Positions 25,847-35,830 of a stretch of DNA of 42,768 nt are shown in pieces. The notes beneath the pieces were generated by a model. It was not told the origin of the DNA and did no database searches. It was given only the letters and a program-made list of their open reading frames with translations. This stretch comes from Chloroflexota bacterium (GTDB lineage: Bacteria > Chloroflexota > Dehalococcoidia > Tepidiformales > Tepidiformaceae), in NCBI GenBank assembly GCA_021823905.1, contig JAKALX010000001.1, positions 1 through 42,768 of the forward strand. Reading direction: 5' to 3'. A program made the translations under genes and the position numbers. Every line of letters starts with the position of its first letter. Position 1 is the stretch's first letter.

Positions 25847-26998
25847 TTGAGTCCACGGCCGTCAAATGAGGCGTGGCCGACCCGGCCGGCCCGCGAGTTG
25901 GTGCTGGCTTCGGCAGGGCTAGGCCTTGAAGACGGCGGCACAGCGCTGGTGGGGCGGCTGGTGGCGCGCGTCGCCGCGTCGCGATGCGTGGAACTCGGCG
26001 TCCGGTTGCGGGTTTTCAACCTCGGCGGGCCCTGCGGACTGCTAGGCGCCGTTCCGGTGCACCACTTTTCTGGCAGTCAACTCGGTATGGCGCTCGCCGT
26101 CTGGAGGCGCCAGCTACCGCCTCACCGCACACGCGTGATCTTCGACTGCATTGGCCCATCTCGAGTCCAGGCCTTCCTACCCGGACTGTGCAGGTCACCC
26201 TACGCACTGTACCTGCACGGCATCGAGGTCTGGCGCAAGCTAACGTGGGATCGGCGCCAGGCGTTGCGGTCCGCGACTATACGGCTTGCGAACTCGTCGC
26301 TCACCATCGACCGCGCAAAGGAGTTCCTCCCATGGCTCCCTCGAACCGCTGTGGTCCCACTTGCTCTTGAGGACCGTAGCCCGGGCGGGGAAGTGGACCG
26401 AGCCCTCCTGGAATCGCTTGGGGACGGATACCTTCTCATTGTGGGGCGGATGTCCCGGGTCGAGCGCTACAAGGGCCACGACGAGCTGCTGGCCGCCATG
26501 CCGAGGATCGTTGCAGCATGCCCACACGCGAGGCTCGTGATTGCGGGCGGCGGTGATGATCGCGAGCGGTTGACCCGAGTCGCGACATCGCGTGGGCTCG
26601 CGGGCCGGGTGGCCTTCACCGGGTTCGTGAGCGAGGCCACCCTTGGTGAGCTGTTCCGCCGGTGCGCCGCGTTCGTGATGCCGAGTCGCAACGAGGGGTT
26701 CGGCCTCGTTTACCTGGAAGCCATGCGCGCCGGCAGACCGTGCCTGGCGCTGCGCCGGTCCGCCGCCGAGGAAATCATCGTGGACGGGACGACGGGCATC
26801 CTCGTCGAGCCCGGCGACCAGGAGCAGCTCGCCGCCGCGCTCGTGTGCCTCCTGAGCGATGCGGCCATGGTTCGCCGCATGGGTGAGGCGGGCCGGCGGC
26901 GCTACGAGGAGAGGTACACGTTCGAGTCCTTCCGTGCCGGGTTGCTGCCGCACCTCGACCGACTGCTCGGCGTTGAAGGTAACGATGTGCGGAATTAA
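25847..26998 (+). CDS. Family 4 glycosyltransferase
   Basis: It reads VGRMSRVERYKGHDELL...FVMPSRNEGFGLVYLEAMRAGRPCLA (EX7E). The start is uncertain; the track uses TTG 25847. Confidence 0.8.
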   Translation: MSPRPSNEAWPTRPARELVLASAGLGLEDGGTALVGRLVARVAASRCVELGVRLRVFNLGGPCGLLGAVPVHHFSGSQLGMALAVWRRQLPPHRTRVIFDCIGPSRVQAFLPGLCRSPYALYLHGIEVWRKLTWDRRQALRSATIRLANSSLTIDRAKEFLPWLPRTAVVPLALEDRSPGGEVDRALLESLGDGYLLIVGRMSRVERYKGHDELLAAMPRIVAACPHARLVIAGGGDDRERLTRVATSRGLAGRVAFTGFVSEATLGELFRRCAAFVMPSRNEGFGLVYLEAMRAGRPCLALRRSAAEEIIVDGTTGILVEPGDQEQLAAALVCLLSDAAMVRRMGEAGRRRYEERYTFESFRAGLLPHLDRLLGVEGNDVRN

Positions 26999-28799
26999 CG
27001 GCATCCTCCGGCTGAGCGACGACGCTCCACGCATCGACCGGGCGGAGCTCCTGCGGACGCGCGACGCGATGGCGCCTCGGGGCCCGGACGGTTTCGGTGA
27101 GTGGTTCTCGCCATCGGGCCGGATCGCGCTCGGCCACCGGCGGCTCTCGATCATCGACCTGTCGCCGGCGGGCGCGCAGCCGATGGCGTGGCGCGACGGC
27201 CGCTACCGCATCGTGTTCAACGGCGAGATCTACAACTACCGAGAGCTGCGCGCCGAGCTGGCGGGGCGTGGCGTCGAGTTCCGCTCCCGCTCGGACACCG
27301 AAGTGATCGCGGCGCTGTACGCCCGCGAGGGTGTTGCGGCGCTGGCGCGGCTCCGCGGGATGTTCGCGTTGGCGATCTGGGACGAGTCCGAGGGGAGGTT
27401 GCTGCTCGCCCGCGATCCGTACGGGATCAAGCCACTGTACTACGCGGTCGCGGGCGGCACCCTGCGTTTTGCGTCCCAGGTCAAGGCACTGGAGGCGGGC
27501 GGTGTGGTCTCGCAGGAGCCCGATCCGGCGGGCGTGGCCGGCTTCCTGCTCTGGGGCTCGGTCCCCGAGCCGCTCACGCTGCGCCGGGCGGTGCGCGCGG
27601 TCCCCGCGGGCCACTTTCTGATCGTGGAGGGCGGGCGGGTCGGCGAGCCGCGTCCCCACCACCGCTGGGTTGACAATGGCGCCGTGCCACCGGCGGCCGA
27701 CATCCGGGAGGCGCTGACCGGCAGCGTGCGGGCCCACCTCGTCGCCGACGTTCCCGTGGCGGTGTTCCTCTCGGCCGGCCTCGACTCGGCGCTCCTCGCG
27801 GCGCTCGCGGCTCGCCTGCTGCCCGAGCCCCCGGTGACGTTCACACTCCGGTTCGCGAGCTTCCTCGGGAGCGAACTCGACGAGGCGCCGGTTGCGGCCG
27901 AGGTCGCGCGGGCGCTGGGGACGCGCCACACCGAGCGGCTGGTCGGGCGGGAGGAGTTCCTCGACATCTGGCCGCGAGCGATCGCCGCCATGGATCAGCC
28001 GAGCATCGACGGGTTCAACACCTTTCTCATCAGCCGCGCGGCGCACGAGGCGGGTCTCAAGGTCGTCCTCTCCGGCCTCGGCGGCGACGAGCTGTTCGGC
28101 TCCTACCCCTCGTTCGCCGACGTGCCGCGCTGGGCCGGGCGCGTGCGGCTGCTGCGGCTCATCCCCGGCCTCGCCGCCGCATGGCCCGGCTTCGCTAGAC
28201 GGGCGCGGCCGCGCCAGCCGCGACTCGCAGGGATGCTGCGGTACGGGGGCAGCCTGCCAGGAGCGTATTTCCTGCGCAAGGGGCTGTTCCTGCCGGAGGA
28301 GCTGCCCGGGTTGTTGGGGCGCGAAGTTGCGGAGGAGGGGCTCGCCGCCTACGACCCCATCGCGGATGCCGGCAAGCTGGTCGACGTGGCGGGCCGCCGG
28401 AGCCGGCCGCGCAGCCCCGCCGCCTGGCGCGCCGTCCACGTGATGGAGTCCACCCAGTACATGCGCAACCAGCTGCTCCGCGATTCGGACTGGGCCTCGA
28501 TGGCGCACTCCCTCGAGCTGCGGGTGCCGCTTGCAGACGCGCTGCTGCGGCAGCAAGTGGCAGCACTCGGCTTCGAGCCCGCCCGCGACCGGGGCAAGGC
28601 CGCGGTGGTCCGGAGCGTGGCGGCGGAGCTGCCCGAGGCGATCTACCGACGGCCCAAGACCGGCTTCCACATTCCGGTCATGGAGTGGCTGGGAGGCGAG
28701 GGCACGGCCGCCGGCCCGCGCGACTGGGGCGCGGACTCGCGCCGCCTCGCGCTTCGGGTGCTCGGCGAGTTCGGGATCCAGGCGGGGCCGGAGGCATGA
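26985..28799 (+). CDS. asnB: Asparagine synthase-family (class II glutamine) amidotransferase
   Basis: MCGINGIL provides the N-terminal nucleophile Cys2. It also has HRRLSIIDL, FNGEIYNY and the PP-loop AVFLSAGLDSA. The start at 26985 overlaps the upstream gene by 14 nt. Confidence 0.9.
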   Translation: MCGINGILRLSDDAPRIDRAELLRTRDAMAPRGPDGFGEWFSPSGRIALGHRRLSIIDLSPAGAQPMAWRDGRYRIVFNGEIYNYRELRAELAGRGVEFRSRSDTEVIAALYAREGVAALARLRGMFALAIWDESEGRLLLARDPYGIKPLYYAVAGGTLRFASQVKALEAGGVVSQEPDPAGVAGFLLWGSVPEPLTLRRAVRAVPAGHFLIVEGGRVGEPRPHHRWVDNGAVPPAADIREALTGSVRAHLVADVPVAVFLSAGLDSALLAALAARLLPEPPVTFTLRFASFLGSELDEAPVAAEVARALGTRHTERLVGREEFLDIWPRAIAAMDQPSIDGFNTFLISRAAHEAGLKVVLSGLGGDELFGSYPSFADVPRWAGRVRLLRLIPGLAAAWPGFARRARPRQPRLAGMLRYGGSLPGAYFLRKGLFLPEELPGLLGREVAEEGLAAYDPIADAGKLVDVAGRRSRPRSPAAWRAVHVMESTQYMRNQLLRDSDWASMAHSLELRVPLADALLRQQVAALGFEPARDRGKAAVVRSVAAELPEAIYRRPKTGFHIPVMEWLGGEGTAAGPRDWGADSRRLALRVLGEFGIQAGPEA

Positions 28800-28833
28800 C
28801 GACGCGGCGCGTAACCCAGAGGGCGGGGAGTCG

Positions 28834-30033
28834 GTGCGCGTTGTGATCGCCGCCGGCGCCTACTACCCGAGCCACGCCTCGGGTGCGGACCGGCTCGCGT
28901 ACGACGAGGCGGTGTTCCTCGCGGCGCGCGGCCACGACGTGTGGATGGTCTGCAGGGCCGACGGCGACGGGGAGCCGGACGAGGTCGTGGATCGCGGGGC
29001 GCGCGTGCTGCGCTACCGCCGCCCCGGGTTCGGGGCGTTCGACCCTTGGCGCGCCGGCGCCCACCAGCGGCTGACGCGGCAAACCCTCGCGCGCCACGTC
29101 GCGGGCGGGGTGGACCTCATCCACGGGCACTCGCTCCTGCAGTACCGTGGCGCGCTCTCGCGGCTCGGGGCCGGCGCGCGTACGGCGTACTCGGTGCACT
29201 CACCGGTGCGGCTGGAGTTCGAGGCGACCGCCCGAGGTGCGAGCGGCGCGGAGGGGCTGCGCCTGCGGCTGGCGGCGCGGATGCTGGGGCGGCTGGAGCG
29301 CACGGCGCTCTCCGGCTCGGGCGTAGTCACCGCGGACTCCGCCTACACGCGGGAGCTGCTCGGCACGCTGCACGGCCCGGCGATCCGCGACAAGGCGGTG
29401 GTGGTCCCGGGATGGGTTGACCTCGAGCGTTTCCAGCTCGTCGAGGACCGGGACTACCTCAAGCAACGCCTCGGCTGGCCGGCCGACCGACCGGTGCTCC
29501 TCACGGTGCGCCGCCTGGTGCCGCGCATGGGCCTGGACCGGCTTGTCCGCGCTGCCGGACTGCTGCGCTCGGCCGGGCACAGTTTCCACCTCGTGATCGG
29601 CGGCTCCGGCCCGCTCCGCGCACGCCTCGAAGCGCTGGCCGGCGAGCTGGGTCTTGGCCAGGTCGTCGGCTTCGCGGGGTTCATCGCCGAGGAGACCCTG
29701 CCTTCGATGATGGGCGCCGCCGACGCCTTCGTGCTCCCGACCTCGGAGCTGGAGTGCTTTGGCCTGCCGGTGCTGGAATCCCTCGCCTGTGGGCGGCCGG
29801 TGCTCGCCGCGCCGGTGGGCGCGATCCCCGGGCTGCTGCGACCGTTCGAGCCCGCCTGGCTGGCCGGCGGATCGTCGCCGGAAGCGATCGCCGACCTGCT
29901 GGCCCGCTTTCTGACGGGCGCCTTGCCGGCCCACGACCCTTCGAGCCTCCGCGCCCGCGTCGCCGCCGGCTTCGCCCGCGACCGGGTGCTGGGGCGGCTG
30001 ACCCGGCTCGCTCTCGGCGAGGATGCCGGATGA
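28834..30033 (+). CDS. Family 4 glycosyltransferase
   Basis: GTG at 28834 follows GGCGGGGAG. The sequence VRVVIAAGAYYPSHASGADRLAYDEAVFLAARGHDVWMV...FVLPTSELECFGLPVLESLACGRPVLA contains the EX7E region. Confidence 0.8.
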   Translation: MRVVIAAGAYYPSHASGADRLAYDEAVFLAARGHDVWMVCRADGDGEPDEVVDRGARVLRYRRPGFGAFDPWRAGAHQRLTRQTLARHVAGGVDLIHGHSLLQYRGALSRLGAGARTAYSVHSPVRLEFEATARGASGAEGLRLRLAARMLGRLERTALSGSGVVTADSAYTRELLGTLHGPAIRDKAVVVPGWVDLERFQLVEDRDYLKQRLGWPADRPVLLTVRRLVPRMGLDRLVRAAGLLRSAGHSFHLVIGGSGPLRARLEALAGELGLGQVVGFAGFIAEETLPSMMGAADAFVLPTSELECFGLPVLESLACGRPVLAAPVGAIPGLLRPFEPAWLAGGSSPEAIADLLARFLTGALPAHDPSSLRARVAAGFARDRVLGRLTRLALGEDAG

Positions 30034-31292
30034 ACGGGGTCGCCCGGCCCGGCCGCCCGAAGGTCCTCGTCGTCAGCGACTGGTACCTGCCGGGTCAGAC
30101 AGGAGGCGGGATCGTCCGCAGCCTCGTCAACCTGGTGGACTGGCTCGGCGACGAGTTCGAGTTCCTGGTCGTGACCCGCGACCGGGAGCCGGGCGACGCC
30201 GGACCGTTCCCCGGCGTCCGCAGCGGCGCGTGGCAGCCGGTGGGCAAGGCCAGCGTCTACTATCGCCCGCCGCGGCGCGTCGAGTTGCGATTCTGGCGCG
30301 GCCTGCTCGCGAGCACGCCGCACGACGCGCTCTACCTCAACAGTGTTTTCGCGACCTCGGTGGTGCAGATCCTTCTGCTGCGGAGGCTCGGCAGGGTGCC
30401 GATCCGGCCCACGATCCTTGCCCCTCGTGGCGTGCTTGCGCCCGGGGCGCTTGGGCTGAAATGGGCCAAGAAGGCGGCGTACCTGGGGCTCTCGAAGCGG
30501 CTTGGATTTCACCGCAATATCACCTGGCACGCTGCAGGTGAGGATGAGGAACGGCATGTTCTCCAGCAGTTTCGCGCGGCGCTGGCAACGAACGGCCGAA
30601 CCCGGCACGGAGGGAGGGGTCGTCGGGATGCCTCGAGTGTCGTCATTGCTCCGAATCTACCGCCGGCGCCAAAGCCAGAATCCAGTTGTCGCCCGAGGCC
30701 GATCAAGCGCCCAGGATCGGCGTCCCTGGTGTTCGTCGGAAGGGTATCGCGGGTCAAGAACCTCGATGTCGCCATTTCGACATTGGCGAGCGTTCGAGGA
30801 ACGGTCAAGCTCGATATCTATGGGCCGATCGAGGACGGGCAGTACTGGAGAGAGTGCCAGAAGCAGGCTGAGCGCCTGCCTGGCAACGTTCGGGTCGAAT
30901 ACCGTGGAGTCGTATCGCTCGATCAGGTCGCATCCCTGATGAATGGTCACGATCTGCTGTTCTTGCCGACGCGCGGCGAAAACTTCGGCCATTCGATCCT
31001 CGAGGCGCTGTCCTCCGGGTGCCCCGTGCTCATCAGCGACAAGACGCCATGGTCCGGTGTCACTTCCAGGCGTGCGGGCTGGGCCATTGCGCTCGACGAC
31101 AGGGGGAAGTTCGAAGCGGCGTTGCAGCGGCTCGTTGACATGGACGAGCCCGAATTCGCAGCATTTTCGAATGCCGCGCGTGGATACGCTCGGGAGTTCG
31201 TGGAAAAGCCGGGTCTGGTCGAGGCAACCCGAGGTCTCTTCCTGGTGAGTGGTCGGCAACCGGCGGCTCGCGAAGGCAATGAGGACATTTGA
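30030..31292 (+). CDS. Family 4 glycosyltransferase (paralog of 32759..34006)
   Basis: The start ATG at 30030 overlaps the upstream stop (ATGA). It has KVLVVSDWYLPGQTGGGIVRSLVNLVDWLGDEFEFLVVTRDRE and FLPTRGENFGHSILEALSSGCPVLISD. Confidence 0.85.
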   Translation: MNGVARPGRPKVLVVSDWYLPGQTGGGIVRSLVNLVDWLGDEFEFLVVTRDREPGDAGPFPGVRSGAWQPVGKASVYYRPPRRVELRFWRGLLASTPHDALYLNSVFATSVVQILLLRRLGRVPIRPTILAPRGVLAPGALGLKWAKKAAYLGLSKRLGFHRNITWHAAGEDEERHVLQQFRAALATNGRTRHGGRGRRDASSVVIAPNLPPAPKPESSCRPRPIKRPGSASLVFVGRVSRVKNLDVAISTLASVRGTVKLDIYGPIEDGQYWRECQKQAERLPGNVRVEYRGVVSLDQVASLMNGHDLLFLPTRGENFGHSILEALSSGCPVLISDKTPWSGVTSRRAGWAIALDDRGKFEAALQRLVDMDEPEFAAFSNAARGYAREFVEKPGLVEATRGLFLVSGRQPAAREGNEDI

Positions 31293-31368
31293 ATGCGGTC
31301 GTGACGCGAGTCAACCGGACCGATGCGGCCGGCTGGCCGATGTTTAGTGAGGGAGGAGAGCAACTCAA

Positions 31369-32736
31369 ATGGTCCATGAGCAACCGTCGCCACTCGGATC
31401 GGGTCCAGGCTCCGCGGTAAGCAGCCGAGCAGCGCTGGAACAGCGGATTTCGTCACACGAAGCGATTGTCGGCATCATCGGGCTTGGGTACGTCGGGTTG
31501 CCACTGGCCTTGACATTTGCAGAGAAGGGCTTCCAGGTCCTCGGGTACGACAGCGATCCCGAAAAGATCCGGTGGCTTTCGGGCGGCCAGAGCTACATCA
31601 AGCACCTGGGAAGCGCTCGTGTTTCCGCGGCGGTGGCGAACGGGCGTTTCCATGCGACCTCGGATCCAGCCCGGCTGAGCGAGCCCGACGCTGTGCTGAT
31701 CTGCGTCCCAACCCCGTTGACGCCTCAGCGCCAGCCGGACATGGCATACGTGGAGAAATCCGTTGAGCAGGTGCGCGCGCGCTTGCGGCGGGGTCAGCTT
31801 GTGGTGCTCGAATCGACCACGTATCCCGGCACGACCGACGAGCTGCTTCGGCCGAACCTGGAGAAGTCCGGCCTGCGCTGCGGGGTCGATTTCTTCCTCG
31901 CATTTTCACCGGAGCGGGAGGACCCCGGCCGGAAGGACTTCACGACGACGACGACCCCGAAGGTGGTTGGCGGAGTGAACGATGTTTCAGGCGATTTGGC
32001 CCAGCATCTGTACGACCAGATCGCGACGCGCACCATCCGCGTCTCGTCGGCCCGAACAGCCGAGGCGACCAAGCTCGTGGAGAACATCTTTCGGGCGGTG
32101 AACATCGCGCTCGTCAACGAGCTCAAGATGGTCTACGACCGGATGGGGGTCGACATCTGGGAGGTGATGGATGCGGCCGAGACAAAGCCGTTTGGGTTCA
32201 TGCGATTCAATCCGGGGCCCGGGTGGGGTGGGCACTGCATCCCGCTGGATCCCTTCTACCTGTCCTGGAAGGCACGGGAGTACGGCATTTCACCCAAGTT
32301 CGTCGAACTGGCCGGAGAGATCAACGTCGGGATGCCCTCGTTCGTTGTTGGAAAGGTTCAACTCGCGCTGAATGAACGTGAGTTGCCGGTGAAGGGTAGT
32401 AGGATCCTGATCCTCGGCGTGGCCTACAAGCGCGACATCGACGACTACCGCGAGAGCCCGGCATTCGAAATCATGGAGCTTCTCGAAGGGCTCGGGGCAC
32501 GCGTCTCGTACCACGACCCTCACATTCCGGTCGTCGGTCGAACGCGACATCACGCCGGCAAGGCGGGCATGCAATCGGTTCCGTTGACGGTTGAGGGTCT
32601 GGCACGGCACGACGCGGTTGTGATCGTGACCGACCACGCCGCCGTGGACTACGCAATGGTCGCGGCGCACGCGAAGCTCATCATTGACACAAGGGGTACG
32701 TACCCGAAGGGGCAAGCCAACGTCGTGCGCGCGTGA
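31369..32736 (+). CDS. Nucleotide-sugar 6-dehydrogenase, WbpA-like (probable UDP-N-acetylhexosamine 6-dehydrogenase)
   Basis: GGGAGGAG lies upstream. It has the IVGIIGLGYVGLPLAL Rossmann motif and the catalytic-Cys motif GPGWGGHCIPLDPFYLSWKAREYG, which I recall as typical of the WbpA/UDP-GlcNAc dehydrogenase branch. Confidence 0.85.
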   Translation: MVHEQPSPLGSGPGSAVSSRAALEQRISSHEAIVGIIGLGYVGLPLALTFAEKGFQVLGYDSDPEKIRWLSGGQSYIKHLGSARVSAAVANGRFHATSDPARLSEPDAVLICVPTPLTPQRQPDMAYVEKSVEQVRARLRRGQLVVLESTTYPGTTDELLRPNLEKSGLRCGVDFFLAFSPEREDPGRKDFTTTTTPKVVGGVNDVSGDLAQHLYDQIATRTIRVSSARTAEATKLVENIFRAVNIALVNELKMVYDRMGVDIWEVMDAAETKPFGFMRFNPGPGWGGHCIPLDPFYLSWKAREYGISPKFVELAGEINVGMPSFVVGKVQLALNERELPVKGSRILILGVAYKRDIDDYRESPAFEIMELLEGLGARVSYHDPHIPVVGRTRHHAGKAGMQSVPLTVEGLARHDAVVIVTDHAAVDYAMVAAHAKLIIDTRGTYPKGQANVVRA

Positions 32737-32758
32737 CGGGTGGAGGCAGGCGCGTCAG

Positions 32759-34006
32759 ATGGGACGTGTGACTTCGGCCTCGCACGCCGTGAAGAAGCTG
32801 CCGCGGATACTCGTGTTGATCGATCACTACCTGCCCGGCACCAACACCGGCGGGGCGGTCCGGACGCTGGCGGCGACGGTGGAGCGGCTGGGGGACGAGT
32901 TCGAGTTCGTCGTGGTGACGTCGGATCGGGATCGAGGTGACACCGAGCCGTATCCCGGAGCGGCGGCTGTGCCGGCGCGTATCGGCAAAGCCGAGGTCCA
33001 CTACCGCCCGTCCCGGCGGTTGCGGGCCGCACCCCTGAGCGCCCTGCTGAGGCGACTGGATCCGGATGTCATCTTTCTCAACGGCTTCTTCTCGCGGACG
33101 AGCGTTTCGACACTCCTGGCGCGCCGGGCTGGGAGAGTCGCGAGGATCCCAGTGATCCTGGCGCCGCGCGGCGACTTCTCACCCGGAGCACTCTGGCTTA
33201 AGCGGTACAAGAAGCGCCCGTACGTCCGGTTTACCCGCTGCCTTGGACTCTGTCGGGGGATCACCTGGCAAGCGACCAACGAGTGCGAGGCAGGTCACAT
33301 TCGCTCGGCGTTCGGGGGCGGACGGGTGGCCGATGGCCTACGCATCGCGGTCGCGAGGGACCTCGTGGCCGGCGTCGAGACCGCAATGGCGGCCGGGCCC
33401 GCGGTGGACGCACAGGCGGCGATTGGGCGCGGCAAGCGGCCGGGCGCGGCGCGGATCGTCTTCCTGTCGCGGATCTCACGCAAGAAGAACCTCGACGGCG
33501 CAATCCGCTTGCTTGGTAGGGTCGCCGGAGAAGTCGAGTTCGACATCTACGGACCCGTTGAGGATGCGGGTTACTGGCGCGAGTGCTTGCGCCTACTCGA
33601 CGAGCTTCCGCGGAACGTCCGCGCCGCCTACCGCGGCCCGGTCGAGGCAGACCGGGTGAGCGAGGTGCTCTCCGGGTACCACCTGCTCCTTTTGCCGACG
33701 AAAGGCGAGAACTTCGGTCACGTTATCCTCGAGGCGCTGATGGCTGGGTGCCCCGTGCTCGTGAGCGACGAAACGCCGTGGCGAGGACTGGCGGTTCGCC
33801 AAGTAGGCTGGGACTTTCCGCTGGCGGCGCCGGAGTGCTCCCGTGCGGCGCTCGACGCAGCCATCGGGATGGACGCAGTGGAGTTCGGTGTGTGGTCCGA
33901 GAACGCGGCCAGGTATGGCAAGTCGTGTGCCGGAGACCCGGCCGTGGTCGAGGCCAACCGTGCGGTCTTTCGGCAGGCGCTCGACTCGGGTGAAGAGAAA
34001 GGCTGA
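32759..34006 (+). CDS. Family 4 glycosyltransferase (paralog of 30030..31292)
   Basis: ATG at 32759 follows GGTGGAGG. It has RILVLIDHYLPGTNTGGAVRTLAATVERLGDEFEFVVVTSDRD and LLPTKGENFGHVILEALMAGCPVLVSD. Confidence 0.85.
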   Translation: MGRVTSASHAVKKLPRILVLIDHYLPGTNTGGAVRTLAATVERLGDEFEFVVVTSDRDRGDTEPYPGAAAVPARIGKAEVHYRPSRRLRAAPLSALLRRLDPDVIFLNGFFSRTSVSTLLARRAGRVARIPVILAPRGDFSPGALWLKRYKKRPYVRFTRCLGLCRGITWQATNECEAGHIRSAFGGGRVADGLRIAVARDLVAGVETAMAAGPAVDAQAAIGRGKRPGAARIVFLSRISRKKNLDGAIRLLGRVAGEVEFDIYGPVEDAGYWRECLRLLDELPRNVRAAYRGPVEADRVSEVLSGYHLLLLPTKGENFGHVILEALMAGCPVLVSDETPWRGLAVRQVGWDFPLAAPECSRAALDAAIGMDAVEFGVWSENAARYGKSCAGDPAVVEANRAVFRQALDSGEEKG

Positions 34007-34010
34007 CGCA

Positions 34011-34937
34011 ATGAGAATGCTCGTGACCGGTGGGGCGGGGTTCATTGGTTCGAACCTCGTCAGGATCATCTTGGAAGCGGGACACGCCGTGACGGTGCTC
34101 GACGACCTCGCATCGGGGTTCCGGGAGAACCTCGACGCCTTTCCGAGCGTGCGGTTTGTTGTGGGGGACGTGCGCGATCCGGAGGCGGTCGCCGGCGCGG
34201 TCGCAGGCGCCGAGGTTGTCTTCCACCTCGCCGCCTCGGTGGGGAACAAGCGCTCGATCGAGAACCCGGTTTGCGACTCGGAGATCAACGTGATCGGCAC
34301 GCTGCGGGTGCTGGAAGCGGCGCGCCGCGCGGGCGTGCGCAAGGTCGTCTACTCGTCGTCGGCGGGGATCTTCGGCGAGCTCGTGACGCTGCCGATCCGC
34401 GAGGACCACCCGGTGGAGCCCGACTCGCCGTACGGCGCCAGCAAGCTGGCCGGGGAGAAATTGTGCCTGGCCTACGGCAGGCTGTACGGGTTCGAGGCGG
34501 TCGCGCTGCGCTACTTCAACGTCTACGGGGTGAACCAGCGCTTCGACGCCTACGGCAACGTCATCCCGATCTTCGCGCGGCAGATGCTGCGCGGCGAGCC
34601 GGTGACGGTCTTCGGCGACGGCGAGCAGACGCGCGACTTCGTCAACGTCAAGGACGTGGCGAAGGCGAACCTCGCGGCCGCTCTGGCACGCGGCGTCTCG
34701 GGCGCCTTCAACATCGGCAGCGGGACGCGGGTCACGATCAACCGGCTGGTGGCCCTGATGGCGCGAGCGGCAGCGGCGGCGCCCGCGGTCGAATACGGGC
34801 CACCGCGTCCCGGAGACGTGCGCGACAGCCTTGCCGACATCTCCGCCGCCGGCGCGGCGTTCGGGTTCCGTCCGGCGGTCGGGCTCGAGGACGGCCTGGC
34901 CGAGTACATGGCATGGAGCCGGAAGGAGATAACGTAG
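34011..34937 (+). CDS. NAD-dependent nucleotide-sugar 4-epimerase-like SDR (GalE/WbpP family)
   Basis: It has MRMLVTGGAGFIGSNLV, the SSSAG and YGASKLAGE catalytic residues, and GDGEQTRDFVNVKDV. Confidence 0.85.
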   Translation: MRMLVTGGAGFIGSNLVRIILEAGHAVTVLDDLASGFRENLDAFPSVRFVVGDVRDPEAVAGAVAGAEVVFHLAASVGNKRSIENPVCDSEINVIGTLRVLEAARRAGVRKVVYSSSAGIFGELVTLPIREDHPVEPDSPYGASKLAGEKLCLAYGRLYGFEAVALRYFNVYGVNQRFDAYGNVIPIFARQMLRGEPVTVFGDGEQTRDFVNVKDVAKANLAAALARGVSGAFNIGSGTRVTINRLVALMARAAAAAPAVEYGPPRPGDVRDSLADISAAGAAFGFRPAVGLEDGLAEYMAWSRKEIT

Positions 34938-34939
34938 GC

Positions 34940-35830
34940 ATGCGCGTTCTCATCCTCGGCACGGCCGGGATGCTCGGCCACAAGCTCTATCAGGCGTTTC
35001 GCGGGCGCCACGAGGTCTGGGGTTCGATCCGGCAGGATGTTTCGGCCTACGCGACACTCGAGCTGTTCGACGCGGAGCGACTGATCGCCGGCGTGGACGC
35101 GGCGGATCCGGCCACGGTGGCGCGCGCGATCGAACGGGTCGAGCCGCACCTCGTCGTCAACTGCGTTGGGATCGTCAAGCAGCTCGCCGCGGCGCGCGAC
35201 CCGATCGCCAGCATCACGATCAACTCGCTGTTCCCGCACCGGCTGGCGCGCCTGTGCCGGGACGCCGGCTGCCGGCTCATCCACATGAGCACCGACTGCG
35301 TTTTCTCCGGCCGCAAGGGGGCCTACAGGGAGGACGACCTGCCGGACCCCGAGGATCTCTACGGGCGGTCGAAGCTGCTCGGGGAGCTCGCGGACGAGGG
35401 TGCGCTGACCATCCGGAGCTCGATCATCGGCCGCGAGCTGAGGACATCGAACGGTCTGGTGGAGTGGTTCCTGGCTCAGAGCGGAAAGGCCGTGCCCGGA
35501 TACCGGCGCGCGATCTACTCGGGCTTCACGACACTCGCGATGGCGCGGATCATCTCGGGCCTCATCGACGACCAGCGGGCCCTCACGGGCGTCTGGCACG
35601 TTTCCTCGGATCCGATCAACAAGTACGACCTGCTTGGTCTCATAAGCCGGGAGTACGGGGTCGGGGTCGAGGTGGTGCCTGACAGCGAGGTCGTGGTGGA
35701 TCGCACTCTCGACAGCTCGCGGTTTCGCGCCGTCTCGGGTTTCGTGCCGCCGCCGTGGCCGGAAATGATCAGGGAAATGGCGGCGGATCCGACGCCGTAC
35801 GATGTGTGGAGGAGGTCTCATGTCGCTTGA
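34940..35830 (+). CDS. RmlD-type (dTDP-4-dehydrorhamnose reductase-like) 4-keto sugar reductase
   Basis: GGAAGGAG lies upstream. It has MRVLILGTAGMLG, STDCVFSGRKGAYREDDLPDPEDLYGRSKLLGE (the RmlD signature region) and a length of 296 aa. Confidence 0.85.
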   Translation: MRVLILGTAGMLGHKLYQAFRGRHEVWGSIRQDVSAYATLELFDAERLIAGVDAADPATVARAIERVEPHLVVNCVGIVKQLAAARDPIASITINSLFPHRLARLCRDAGCRLIHMSTDCVFSGRKGAYREDDLPDPEDLYGRSKLLGELADEGALTIRSSIIGRELRTSNGLVEWFLAQSGKAVPGYRRAIYSGFTTLAMARIISGLIDDQRALTGVWHVSSDPINKYDLLGLISREYGVGVEVVPDSEVVVDRTLDSSRFRAVSGFVPPPWPEMIREMAADPTPYDVWRRSHVA

